A stretch of 64,000 nt of DNA from Lachnospiraceae bacterium (GTDB taxonomy: Bacteria; Spirochaetota; Spirochaetia; Treponematales; Treponemataceae). The stretch lies in NCBI GenBank assembly GCA_963651875.1, contig CAVJSA010000001.1, positions 26,534 to 90,533 on the forward strand, read 5' to 3'. The notes under the pieces were generated by a model. It was not told where the DNA came from. It searched no databases and was given only the letters and a program-made list of their open reading frames with translations. Positions 18,076-27,710 of this stretch are shown here, one piece after another (position 1 is the first letter of the stretch; each line of letters begins with the position of its first letter). The position numbers and the translations under genes are program-made.

Positions 18076-20295
18076 ATGAACAAAGCACTTTATAAACATT
18101 CACTTTATTCTTTTTTTATAGATCCTCTTTTTTACGCATGCTCGGCAGTTACCATTTTTTATACTGCCTTTATGTTTTTTTTTGCAAACAGATTTTTTTC
18201 GATAGAAAGCGGTTCTACAAGTTTAACGCCTTTTTTTAACGCAATTGCAGGAATTTCAATTTTAACAATTCCGCTTTTAACATTCCGTATCCGCTACTTT
18301 ATAAACGAGGACTCAATTCCAATTTCAGAAACCAGACGCTTTTTTACGCTTGCTTTTTCTGTTTTTACAGTCTGTGCAATTCCTCTTATTCTTCTTTCTG
18401 CAATTCCAGTTTGTGTAAGCTTTTTTGGAAGTGTTGACGCAGGCCAGGTTTTTACTGGATATTTTTCTTTATTTTTCTATTTTTTTACTTCGATTCTGCT
18501 TGTTCTGTTTTTATTTTCTGCTTTTAAAACTTCTAAAAGTACACTGAGCATTCTTTTTAGTGTAGTTATTTTATTCTGCTTTAATTTTATACATATAATT
18601 CCTTCGTTTTTAAAAACGAACGACAGTTTTTCTTTATTTTTACAGAAAATAAGTTTTGCATGGCGTTTTAATTCTTTTTCAAAGGGAATTTTTGATTCGC
18701 GCGACCTTGCTTTTTATGTTTTAACTTCAATTATTCTTCTCTTATTGTGCGTTTTTTTTAAATTCAAAAAAACTGAACGAAAAATAAATAAACTTACGGT
18801 TTTTCTTTTTTTGCTTACTTTCGTTTTTTCAGGAATTTCTTTAGACAGGCTTTACTTCAGACTCGATTTTACAAAAGACAAAAGATATTCAGTTTCCCCC
18901 GTAAGTCGTCAGCTTTGTTCAGCCTTAGACAATCCATTAAGAATTACATATTTCCGTTCAAAAGAATTAAGGCAATTCTATCCGCAGACTCAGGACGTAA
19001 GCGAATATCTTACAGCCTTTGCTTCTTCCAGCAAAAATATTTTTTTTACAGCAGAAAAAGCAGATCCGCAAAAACTTGAACGCTTAAATATCGCAGGAAG
19101 GCAGATGCGCTCTCAAAATTCAACAAAGGTTGAATACAATTACGTTTATTCTGCAATTTTGCTTCAGTATCTCGATAAGTCGGCAATTATTCCATTTGTA
19201 ATTTCTACAAAAAACTTAGAATACGACTTGACCCAAAGAATACAGCAGCTTATTACAGGTTATGAGCGCAAACTCTACGTTATTACAGGAAATGATTTTT
19301 CTTTGGAAGACGATTATTCTTATGTTGCGCCCTGGCTTTCTGCACGTGGTTTTTCTGTTCAAAACCTTCCGTTATCGCAAATTACGACAGTTTTGGATCA
19401 TATTGAAAGTTCTAAAGCAAAAGATACGGAAATTTTACTTTTAGGCTCTTCAAATTTAACTTTGGAACAATGCCAGTCTATAAAAAATGCTGCAGAAAAC
19501 GGCTGTGCCTTATTTGCAATGACTTCGCCTTATACCGTAAACATAAAAGATGAATGGAAGGTTAGTTCTAAAACAAATGAGGCATTTTTAAGAGTATTAA
19601 ACGGCTGGGGAATCAGCTTTGACAACAGTCTTGCACAAGACCTTTCAAATTTTCCGCTGACATTAACTTCTGGAGAAGGCGTAAACACAACATACAAAAC
19701 AATGAATTATCCGCTTTGGATTTCTGTTCTTCCACAAAACGAAGCTTTTGAAGGACTTATTGTAAGCTGGGCAAGCCCGATAAACTGCTATCTTGATGCA
19801 AAACCGCTTTTACTTACAAGCCCTTATGCGTGGAAGCAAAACAGTTCAAATGACAGTTCTTCTCCATTTTTAATTGACCCGTTTAACCTCGCACAGACAG
19901 CACAGTCAGCAGGAACTACAAACCGGACATTAACTCTTGCAGCAATAATCCAGAACGAAAAACTGAATGTTGCCGTTATTTCTGACCAGTTCTTTTTAAG
20001 TTCACTCATGACAGGCTTTACGAGCACTTCTGAACAGGGCGATTTTAGAAATTATGACTGGACAGCCAGCATTCTATTAAAATTACGCGGAGAAGAAAAA
20101 ATTGCACAGTTGATGCAAAAAACTTCTGTAAATAATTCACTTTATAAAATCGTAGACGAAATCTCTTTCTTAAAAGCAAAAAAAATTGTTCTGGCAGTTA
20201 ATTTTATAGTTTTACCGCTAGTCATTCTTTTAACAGCCCTTGCTTTTATTTTTATAAGAAAGCGGTGTAATAGCCAAAAGGTCGAGATGCAATAA
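18076..20295 (+). CDS. ABC-2 permease fused to a GldG-like auxiliary domain
   Basis: FSKGIFDSRDLAFY (GldF-like) followed by RLDFTKDKRYSVS and LEYDLT (GldG-like). Confidence 0.75.
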   Translation: MNKALYKHSLYSFFIDPLFYACSAVTIFYTAFMFFFANRFFSIESGSTSLTPFFNAIAGISILTIPLLTFRIRYFINEDSIPISETRRFFTLAFSVFTVCAIPLILLSAIPVCVSFFGSVDAGQVFTGYFSLFFYFFTSILLVLFLFSAFKTSKSTLSILFSVVILFCFNFIHIIPSFLKTNDSFSLFLQKISFAWRFNSFSKGIFDSRDLAFYVLTSIILLLLCVFFKFKKTERKINKLTVFLFLLTFVFSGISLDRLYFRLDFTKDKRYSVSPVSRQLCSALDNPLRITYFRSKELRQFYPQTQDVSEYLTAFASSSKNIFFTAEKADPQKLERLNIAGRQMRSQNSTKVEYNYVYSAILLQYLDKSAIIPFVISTKNLEYDLTQRIQQLITGYERKLYVITGNDFSLEDDYSYVAPWLSARGFSVQNLPLSQITTVLDHIESSKAKDTEILLLGSSNLTLEQCQSIKNAAENGCALFAMTSPYTVNIKDEWKVSSKTNEAFLRVLNGWGISFDNSLAQDLSNFPLTLTSGEGVNTTYKTMNYPLWISVLPQNEAFEGLIVSWASPINCYLDAKPLLLTSPYAWKQNSSNDSSSPFLIDPFNLAQTAQSAGTTNRTLTLAAIIQNEKLNVAVISDQFFLSSLMTGFTSTSEQGDFRNYDWTASILLKLRGEEKIAQLMQKTSVNNSLYKIVDEISFLKAKKIVLAVNFIVLPLVILLTALAFIFIRKRCNSQKVEMQ

Positions 20296-20353
20296 AATAA
20301 ATTAGGCATTTGAGCATTAAAAAAAATCGAACTTGAGAATAACAGGAAACAAA

Positions 20354-21205
20354 ATGAAACAGAAAAAAATAAATCTATTTTTGACATTTACAACAATATT
20401 TTCGTTTTTGCTTTTTGTTTTTTCTTTTTTTAATGTGAATAAAACAGAAAACAAAGCTATAAAATCAGCCCTGGTAAATCCTTCTTACAGCGAAAAAATA
20501 AAGACTGTAATAATACAAAATCCTCAGGAACTTTTAACACTAAGAAAGCAGGAAAACTACTGGACCTGCGAAAAAAGCGGAATTTATACTTTTGCCGACA
20601 CAAAGAGTATAGAAAAGTTTACATCTTATCTAACAAAAATAAGAAATATGTATAAAATTTCAGACAGTAAAGATGCAAAAATTGACTTAAAACTAACGGA
20701 AGATAGCGCAACAATTATTACGATCATTGACGAAAACTCAAAAATTCTTTCCAGACTTTATTTTGGCAATGACGATGCATTAACTTCAAGAATCACTGTC
20801 ACTACAGAAAAAGGAAAAATCTGTTACGAAACCCAGGATGATTTTTCGCCATATTTAAAAACAGACTTAAACTTTTGGGCAATTCCAGAAATCTTTTTTG
20901 CAATAAAAAATCCTTCAAACTTAAAGCTTTCGGTTTCTGATCTGCATACTTTTCAAAGCTTAAGGCACGGAAAAATCTTTGAATCCGCATCGCTTCCTGT
21001 TAACGCACAGTTTGTAAAATCAATAACACTTTACGGCCAATATGATTCTTCCCAAAGAATCGACTTTTACGAATACACAGCCAGACAGGAAGAAGGAAAA
21101 CACTATCTTTATACGCTGACAGTTGAACCACAGATTTTTTACAATAATGCGATTTTTGAATTGAGCAGCTGGACTTACGACAAAATCAAAGAACTGCTGA
21201 AATAA
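20354..21205 (+). CDS. DUF4340-like exported protein of the Gld-type ABC cluster
   Basis: N-terminal TM helix, LRKQENYW and LYFGN motifs, position after the GldG-like gene. Confidence 0.55.
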   Translation: MKQKKINLFLTFTTIFSFLLFVFSFFNVNKTENKAIKSALVNPSYSEKIKTVIIQNPQELLTLRKQENYWTCEKSGIYTFADTKSIEKFTSYLTKIRNMYKISDSKDAKIDLKLTEDSATIITIIDENSKILSRLYFGNDDALTSRITVTTEKGKICYETQDDFSPYLKTDLNFWAIPEIFFAIKNPSNLKLSVSDLHTFQSLRHGKIFESASLPVNAQFVKSITLYGQYDSSQRIDFYEYTARQEEGKHYLYTLTVEPQIFYNNAIFELSSWTYDKIKELLK

Positions 21206-21845
21206 AAACCGTAAAAAGATTATAAAAAAAGTGAATTCCGCTAGAAATCCAGATATTTTTAGTTTTAACAAAGAGCAGACGCAAAATTGAACCGCAGATA
21301 AGTGCATTAAAAATTCCACAGAGCCCAAGATAGCGGTGCGAAAAAGCAAAAACAATAATCGCAAAAAGTTCAAAAAAAAGGGTGAATTTTTTATCAAAAA
21401 AAGAAGAAACAACGTCAGGAATAAAAAAACGGTATAAAAATTCTTCATTAAATGACATAAAACCCAAAGAAAAAAGAAGACTAAGCCAGCCCAAAACCGA
21501 AGAAGGAAACAAAACGCCAGAACCTGCAATTTCTCCGCTTTTACGAATTAAAAAAACAGAGAGGGCTTGAAAAACTGCAGAAACCAAAACTAAGATTCCA
21601 AAACCAATCAAAATAAGTGAATGTAAAAGCAAAATATTTGTTTTAGGCGAGTTCAGATATTTTTTAGAATAAAATTCAAAATGAATTAAAAACAAAAAAA
21701 CGCAGGAAATAAACATTCCAACAGAATATGCAGACAGTTTTATTTGTAATAGTTGAATATTTTTTTGTGGACCAACAAAGAGAGGCGGAAGAATAAAAAT
21801 AAAAAAAACAAAAAGAATTTCTATGGTCGAAAGCAATTTTTTCAT
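21186..21845 (-). CDS. CPBP (Abi/CAAX) intramembrane protease
   Basis: EEFLYR, FAFSH and H..YN motifs. Confidence 0.85.
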   Translation of the reverse strand: MKKLLSTIEILFVFFIFILPPLFVGPQKNIQLLQIKLSAYSVGMFISCVFLFLIHFEFYSKKYLNSPKTNILLLHSLILIGFGILVLVSAVFQALSVFLIRKSGEIAGSGVLFPSSVLGWLSLLFSLGFMSFNEEFLYRFFIPDVVSSFFDKKFTLFFELFAIIVFAFSHRYLGLCGIFNALICGSILRLLFVKTKNIWISSGIHFFYNLFTVFISAVL

Positions 21846-21850
21846 TTAAA

Positions 21851-23119
21851 ATGTATAGTATTATAAAAAGCGAGAGTAAAAAAGTGGGTTATGCATTTTT
21901 TATAATTATCATAGTAGCTGTAATTTTTATACGATGCCTGGTTGTTTATGAAGATGTAATAAAATTCTTTACGACAGGAAATGATAACGGTTTTAAGTTT
22001 AAGGAAAGTTACGTTCTGTGGAAGCTTGCAAAATTTTCAAAAGTTCAGGAACCGATTTCACTTTTTATTTCTGTTCCGTCGCTAAATAATGCTATTTCAA
22101 CCCTTATTGCAGATACAAGAAGACGCGGTGTTGAAAATACCGATAAAGTTCAGAATTTTCTTACAAAACTCTACAAATTCCGCACAGAACTAAATTTAAG
22201 ACACGAAAACAACAAAGGAATTGAATCTACAAAATATTTACCAAAAAACCAGAAACTTAGAATTATATGCGAAGACACTAAAGGCGTTTTTACTTCCAGG
22301 ATTTTAAATAACGGCTACGAAATTATAATAAACCTTCCTGTTCAAAATAACATTGCAACTCTCCATAGCGATGACTGGCTAAACAAAAATGTAAGTGTTT
22401 ATCTTTGGAAAAAAGGCGATGCTGCCTACGTTTTTGATACGCACGTTACAAATGCGGGAGTCTTTAACGGACAGACAGCCCTTTATCTGGCCCAAACAAA
22501 TAACCTTCTTAGAATTCAAAAAAGAAAATCAGTTCGCTGCGAATGCAGTCTTAATGCAGACATGTATTTTATAAATTCTGCAAATGTAGACTTTAACCTT
22601 GTAGAAACAGAGCGCGGATTCAAAGTTGTTCTCGAAGATATTTCCGAAGATGGTGCTATGATTCGAGTTGGAGGCAAAGGAGTTGAAAATGCCCAGATAA
22701 AGCTGCAGTTTATGCTCAACGATGTCTTGATTTTGATGTTTGGAATTGTCAGGGCAGTTGAATACAATAAAGAAATAAATCAATCAAGGCTTCATTTTGA
22801 ATGTGTTCATCTTGAAAAAGAAATGCGAAATGCAATTTTAAGTTTTGTTTATAATATACTTCCACAAAATGAACAGAATATTTTTGATGCCCTCAACGCA
22901 ACTCAGGAAGACAAAGAAACAGACGAAAAACTTGCTGGTCTTAATAAAGAAGTTGAAGAATTACAGGGAATTTATAAAAATATACAGGAAAATCAGGGAG
23001 AACCTCAGATAAATACAGAGATTCAGCCACAGGCACAACAAATAGACACTTATTTAGAAAACGACAGTAATTCAACTGCCTCAAACGATATTTTTATTGA
23101 TCCGAAAATTGATTTATAA
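21851..23119 (+). CDS. PilZ-domain c-di-GMP receptor (YcgR/flagellar brake-like)
   Basis: QKRKSVR (RxxxR) and DISEDG (DxSxxG); N-terminal TM helix. Confidence 0.75.
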   Translation: MYSIIKSESKKVGYAFFIIIIVAVIFIRCLVVYEDVIKFFTTGNDNGFKFKESYVLWKLAKFSKVQEPISLFISVPSLNNAISTLIADTRRRGVENTDKVQNFLTKLYKFRTELNLRHENNKGIESTKYLPKNQKLRIICEDTKGVFTSRILNNGYEIIINLPVQNNIATLHSDDWLNKNVSVYLWKKGDAAYVFDTHVTNAGVFNGQTALYLAQTNNLLRIQKRKSVRCECSLNADMYFINSANVDFNLVETERGFKVVLEDISEDGAMIRVGGKGVENAQIKLQFMLNDVLILMFGIVRAVEYNKEINQSRLHFECVHLEKEMRNAILSFVYNILPQNEQNIFDALNATQEDKETDEKLAGLNKEVEELQGIYKNIQENQGEPQINTEIQPQAQQIDTYLENDSNSTASNDIFIDPKIDL

Positions 23120-23128
23120 GGATTTTAT

Positions 23129-24292
23129 ATGAAAAAATTGATTTTTATTTTTGCTGTTTTATTTATTTTTGCTGCAAATGCAGAAATTTCAGATTCTCAA
23201 AAAAAATTTATAAAAGGAAACATTCAGGATAAAACAAGTGCCGTAAAAGAAGCAGAAAATAACGATGCAATTATTCTTCCCCAAAAAAGCATTGATTTTG
23301 TTCTTTCTAATGCGCAGGACTTTGCTCTTGACCGTGATTTTTGCGCACTTGCCTTAGCATCTGTTTTAAAACTTCCAAAGGACAGCAAAAACTTAGAAAA
23401 GAATTTTAGTGGAATTACAGACGATTTAATTCAACTTTTTACGCTTTTTAATGACGAAACTGTAAGGATTGCAATTATTGATAAATTTGATTCAATTCAA
23501 AATTCCAGCGAAAAGGCAAATTTTGTTACTTTGTTGAATAATTACATAAAAAGCCTAAATGCACAGACAAAAGATTCTGCCGTAACAAAAAATGTAATTG
23601 AATGTCTTGGCAAAAACGGAAACAACGAATCTTTTGCCTTGCTTTATGGACTTTGGAAAAATAAAATCTGCGAAAATTTTACGAGCGAAGTTGAAAAATC
23701 ACTTTTAATGCTCACGGATTCTCATATAAATGAATGCATAAAACTCATTTCAAGAAGTTCTGTTAAAGATATTGGAGATTTTTTTAATTTAATAAAGAAT
23801 TCCCAGGAAATTCACCTTAATTTTAAAGCAGAAATTGCTGAAAATGCACTTTTAGCGACAATTAATAATACAGAAGGTGATTCAAAAAATTCTGCACAGA
23901 CAATTGCACTTGAGTTAGATGCCCTGCAAACTTTGTCGGATGCACAATGGACGAGAAGTGCTTCTCTTTCTGTTCAATACTTTTTAATTGCAAAAGAGCA
24001 GTACAAAAAAAATATTTTAAAAGAAGAACAGTTTATTCAGGTTATAAACTGCATAACAAATCTTTCTTCTCCTGATGCAGCACAGAATCTTTCAAATTAC
24101 CTTGCAGAAATAAATTCTCTTTCAGAAAAGAATGTCGTTTCTGCTCAGAATGTTGTTCTGGCTGTAATTAATTCTTTAGGAGCGTTAGGAGATAAAACTG
24201 CATTTGACAATCTTCTTTACGTTACTTATTTAAATTACTCAGAAGAAATTAAAAATGCAGCAAGAACTTCTCTTGCAAAGCTTAAGTGGTAA
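23129..24292 (+). CDS. exported HEAT-repeat protein
   Basis: Signal peptide; helical repeats; AVINSLGALGD. Confidence 0.6.
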   Translation: MKKLIFIFAVLFIFAANAEISDSQKKFIKGNIQDKTSAVKEAENNDAIILPQKSIDFVLSNAQDFALDRDFCALALASVLKLPKDSKNLEKNFSGITDDLIQLFTLFNDETVRIAIIDKFDSIQNSSEKANFVTLLNNYIKSLNAQTKDSAVTKNVIECLGKNGNNESFALLYGLWKNKICENFTSEVEKSLLMLTDSHINECIKLISRSSVKDIGDFFNLIKNSQEIHLNFKAEIAENALLATINNTEGDSKNSAQTIALELDALQTLSDAQWTRSASLSVQYFLIAKEQYKKNILKEEQFIQVINCITNLSSPDAAQNLSNYLAEINSLSEKNVVSAQNVVLAVINSLGALGDKTAFDNLLYVTYLNYSEEIKNAARTSLAKLKW

Positions 24293-25581
24293 AAAAGCAG
24301 TTAAAACTAATTCTTTCATTATTTACAGTTAATCCCGTTTTTAGTGCGGCTTTTATCTGTGCAATAATGTTTTACAGTGATTTTATAAAAGTAAAAGACA
24401 AAAATACTTTTGTAAGCCTTATTCCTTTTAATCAAATTTACAGAATTGAAGGAAAAATTGTTTCAAATCCAGTAAAATCTTCGACTGGCAAAAACACTTA
24501 TTCAGCAGACTTTCAGGTAACTCAAGTTTTAGGCAAAAACGGCGCAGAAAGTTCTGCCAAAGGGAATATAAAACTGCTTTTGCCTGCCGAAATGACAGAA
24601 AAATACTATCCCGGAAAACTCTTTTCAACGATAAAGCAAAAAAATTGTAAACCTCTTATTTTTGAAACAGGCAATGTCTTTACCTTAAGTGGAAAAATCA
24701 TACAGGGCGAACTTTTGTTTTTTAAGGTTGAAGATGCCGTTTCGCTTGGTTTTTCAAATAATTTTTATGGCAGAATACAAAAATTGCGTTCATTGTGCCG
24801 GATTCAATTTAAAAGACTTATGTACGGCTGGGGAAATGCCGGTGGGTTACTGCTTGCTCTTTTATCAGGTTCAAGAGAATACACAGAACAAATTACTGTT
24901 GAAGGTTTTAAAAACGCTGGCCTTTCTCATATTTTAGCCTTGTCTGGCATGCATTTAAGCCTTTTTGGAGGAATTGCTTTTTTATTTGGAAGCGCAATTA
25001 CCAGACGCAGCGTTGCAGATTTTTTACAGTTAAGTGCCGTTATTTTTTTTGTCTGGTTTGCAGGGCTTTCGCCTTCGCTTTTTAGGGCAATGGTCAGTTC
25101 GTTTATTGTTTTTTGTAATTCACTTTTAAGAATGAGCCGTTTTAAGGGGCTTACAGTTTTATCAGCAACGTTTTTAATTCATCTTGTAATTTTTCCAGAA
25201 CATTTAACTTCTCCAGCGTTTATGCTTTCTTATGGAGCACTTGCAGGAATTATGAGCATAGGACAGATTATAAAATTCTTTTTAGGAAAGAGAATTTTTC
25301 CAAAAATTTCTTCTGCCTTAAGCGACAGCGCCGGAGCCCAGTTTTTTACAGCCCCAATAACATTAAGCCTTTTTGGAAAACTAATGCCAATCGGAATTAT
25401 TTCGTCTGTAATCGTAAGTCCTGTTGTAATTTTTTTTCTGTACACGGGTCTTGTTGCAACCCTGCTTTGTCTTTTTATGCCTTTTCTTAGCAGTGGTTTT
25501 AATGTTATTATGAACTTCATTTATTCAATTTTAAAAGAAACAGTTTTGTTTTTTGCTCATTTTCCACAAATCAGCATATAA
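24286..25581 (+). CDS. comEC: ComEC/Rec2 competence membrane protein
   Basis: AGLSHILALSGMHL, SPSLFRA, FMLSY. Confidence 0.85.
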   Translation: MVKKQLKLILSLFTVNPVFSAAFICAIMFYSDFIKVKDKNTFVSLIPFNQIYRIEGKIVSNPVKSSTGKNTYSADFQVTQVLGKNGAESSAKGNIKLLLPAEMTEKYYPGKLFSTIKQKNCKPLIFETGNVFTLSGKIIQGELLFFKVEDAVSLGFSNNFYGRIQKLRSLCRIQFKRLMYGWGNAGGLLLALLSGSREYTEQITVEGFKNAGLSHILALSGMHLSLFGGIAFLFGSAITRRSVADFLQLSAVIFFVWFAGLSPSLFRAMVSSFIVFCNSLLRMSRFKGLTVLSATFLIHLVIFPEHLTSPAFMLSYGALAGIMSIGQIIKFFLGKRIFPKISSALSDSAGAQFFTAPITLSLFGKLMPIGIISSVIVSPVVIFFLYTGLVATLLCLFMPFLSSGFNVIMNFIYSILKETVLFFAHFPQISI

Positions 25582-25600
25582 ACAAATTAAGGACTCACTT

Positions 25601-26470
25601 ATGCAGCATCCAGACTATAATTCACCAAGCGCATTAAAAACTTTTATGGACGAAAATAATATGGCAATGCAAAAAAAATTCGGACAGAATTTTCTTGTAA
25701 ATGCAGATGCCAGAAAACGTCTTATCGATACTCTCGATGTCGAAAGCGAAATGTCTGTTTGGGAAGTAGGGCCTGGACTTGGAAGCATGACAAGCGAACT
25801 CCTTGAACGTGGCGTAAACCTTACAGTTTTTGAAATTGACCATGGCTTTGCCCGTCTTTTACCTCAGTTTTTTAAGGAATATGAAGAAAGCGGACATTTT
25901 ACGCTTGTAGAAGGCGATGTCTTAAAAACCTGGCCAAAATTTGCAGAAGGAAAACAGGCTCCAAAAAGATTTTTCGGGAATCTTCCATACAACGTGGCAG
26001 CTACGATTATTGCGGACACAATAACCAAAGGCTTTAGATTTGATAAAGCAGTTTTTACAATTCAAAAAGAAGTAGGTCAAAGAATGAATGCGAAACCGGG
26101 AACAGACGATTATTCATCTTTTAGTGTTTTGTGTCAGTGGGCTTACGATGTAAAACCTGTAATGGATTTAGCTGGCGGAAACTTTTGGCCGGTTCCAAAC
26201 GTTGCAAGCAGAGCCGTTCTTATGACAAAAAAAGAAAATTTTCCTTGCTGCAATAATCCTCAGTTATTCTTAAAAATGGTAAGACAGATTTTTGCTCTAC
26301 GCAGAAAAACATTAAGAAACAATCTCTGCCGTTTTGTAAATGCACAAACCTGCGACGAAGCTCTTAAAATTTGTGGAATTGAACCAACAGTCAGGGCGGA
26401 AAACTTAAACCTTCAAAAACTGCTTGAATTGTCCGACGCCTTAAATTCAGTTATAATGAAAGACAATTAA
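25601..26470 (+). CDS. rsmA: 16S rRNA m6,2A dimethyltransferase
   Basis: KKFGQNFL, EVGPGLG, GNLPYN, RRKTLRNN, RAENL. Confidence 0.95.
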   Translation: MQHPDYNSPSALKTFMDENNMAMQKKFGQNFLVNADARKRLIDTLDVESEMSVWEVGPGLGSMTSELLERGVNLTVFEIDHGFARLLPQFFKEYEESGHFTLVEGDVLKTWPKFAEGKQAPKRFFGNLPYNVAATIIADTITKGFRFDKAVFTIQKEVGQRMNAKPGTDDYSSFSVLCQWAYDVKPVMDLAGGNFWPVPNVASRAVLMTKKENFPCCNNPQLFLKMVRQIFALRRKTLRNNLCRFVNAQTCDEALKICGIEPTVRAENLNLQKLLELSDALNSVIMKDN

Positions 26471-26484
26471 AAAAGAGATTCAAA

Positions 26485-27165
26485 ATGTCTGCAATTAAAG
26501 AAAACTTAAATTCAATTTTAAAAAATATTCCAGAAAACGTAAAACTTGTTGCTGTAAGCAAATTTCATCCAGCACAAAACGTAATTGAAGCCATAAATGC
26601 CGGGCAAACTCTTTTTGGAGAAAACCGCGTACAGGAAGCCGCTCAAAAATTTGACGAAATCAGACAGCAGGGCTACAATCCAGAACTTCATATTATTGGT
26701 TCTTTACAGAGAAACAAGGTAAAAGAAGCTGTCAGAATTGCTTCTATGATTGAATCTGTCGATAGAATCGAACTTCTTGATGAAATCGAAAAACAGTGTT
26801 CGAAAATTCAAAAAAACATTGAAATTTTATTTGAAATGCACACCGGAGAAGAAAGCAAGTCGGGCTTTGAGTCAAAAGAAGCTCTTGAAAATGCACTAAA
26901 TAATTTTGAAAAAGGTATGTATCCTCATATAACTATAAAAGGTTTTATGACGATGGCACCTTTTACCAAAGATGAAGAATTGATTAGAAAGTCTTTCAGA
27001 ACGTTAAAAGAGCTTCAGGGCGAATTCCAGAAAAAATATCCTGCTTACGATTTTAGTGAACTTTCTATGGGAATGAGCGGAGACTATAAAATTGCAATTG
27101 AAGAAGGTTCTACAATGGTAAGAATCGGAACTTCAATTTTTGGAGAACGAGATTATTCTAAATGA
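26485..27165 (+). CDS. yggS: PLP homeostasis protein, YggS/PROSC family
   Basis: VAVSK, FGENRVQE, HIIGSLQRNK, LSMGMSGDY, VRIGTSIFG. Confidence 0.93.
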   Translation: MSAIKENLNSILKNIPENVKLVAVSKFHPAQNVIEAINAGQTLFGENRVQEAAQKFDEIRQQGYNPELHIIGSLQRNKVKEAVRIASMIESVDRIELLDEIEKQCSKIQKNIEILFEMHTGEESKSGFESKEALENALNNFEKGMYPHITIKGFMTMAPFTKDEELIRKSFRTLKELQGEFQKKYPAYDFSELSMGMSGDYKIAIEEGSTMVRIGTSIFGERDYSK

Positions 27166-27710
27166 ATAAATTAAGAAGATTCCTATGTCTGCTGACAGTT
27201 CTTGTATTCTCTGCAAATTTTATTTTTGCCGCAGATACAAGTTCTTCTTCAAAATACGATGATATAAATTTTCCTCAGTGGGCAAAGGATTTAAGACGAA
27301 CCGAAATAATTACCTTTGGTTCGCTTCCGTTTGTAACCTTGTGGACTTCTACAGCTTATGGACTTGCTGTTCAGGGAAGTTTTCATAATCCCTTGGATAA
27401 ATCTACTTCAAGTTATACAGAAAGCCAGCAAAAACAGATTATGGTAATTGCAGCAGCTGCAAGTTTAGGGCTTGGACTGACTGATTTAATCATAAACTTA
27501 ATTAGCCGGAATATAAAAATATCAAAACAAAAAAAGGCTGAAAAAGCGATTCTGGTAATTCCATTTAGTGAACAGCAGCACGACAACAATGACAATAAGA
27601 TAAACATTTATGACCAGGAAAACGAAGAAGATCTTCCACCTCCGGATATTCAAATAGAAAAAACGGAAAAAATTTATTTGATAAAGGGACTAGAAGATGC
27701 AGTTTTTTAA
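27162..27710 (+). CDS. conserved hypothetical membrane protein
   Basis: Signal peptide, FPQWAKDLRRTEIITFGSLPF motif; overlaps both neighbours. Confidence 0.65.
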   Translation: MNKLRRFLCLLTVLVFSANFIFAADTSSSSKYDDINFPQWAKDLRRTEIITFGSLPFVTLWTSTAYGLAVQGSFHNPLDKSTSSYTESQQKQIMVIAAAASLGLGLTDLIINLISRNIKISKQKKAEKAILVIPFSEQQHDNNDNKINIYDQENEEDLPPPDIQIEKTEKIYLIKGLEDAVF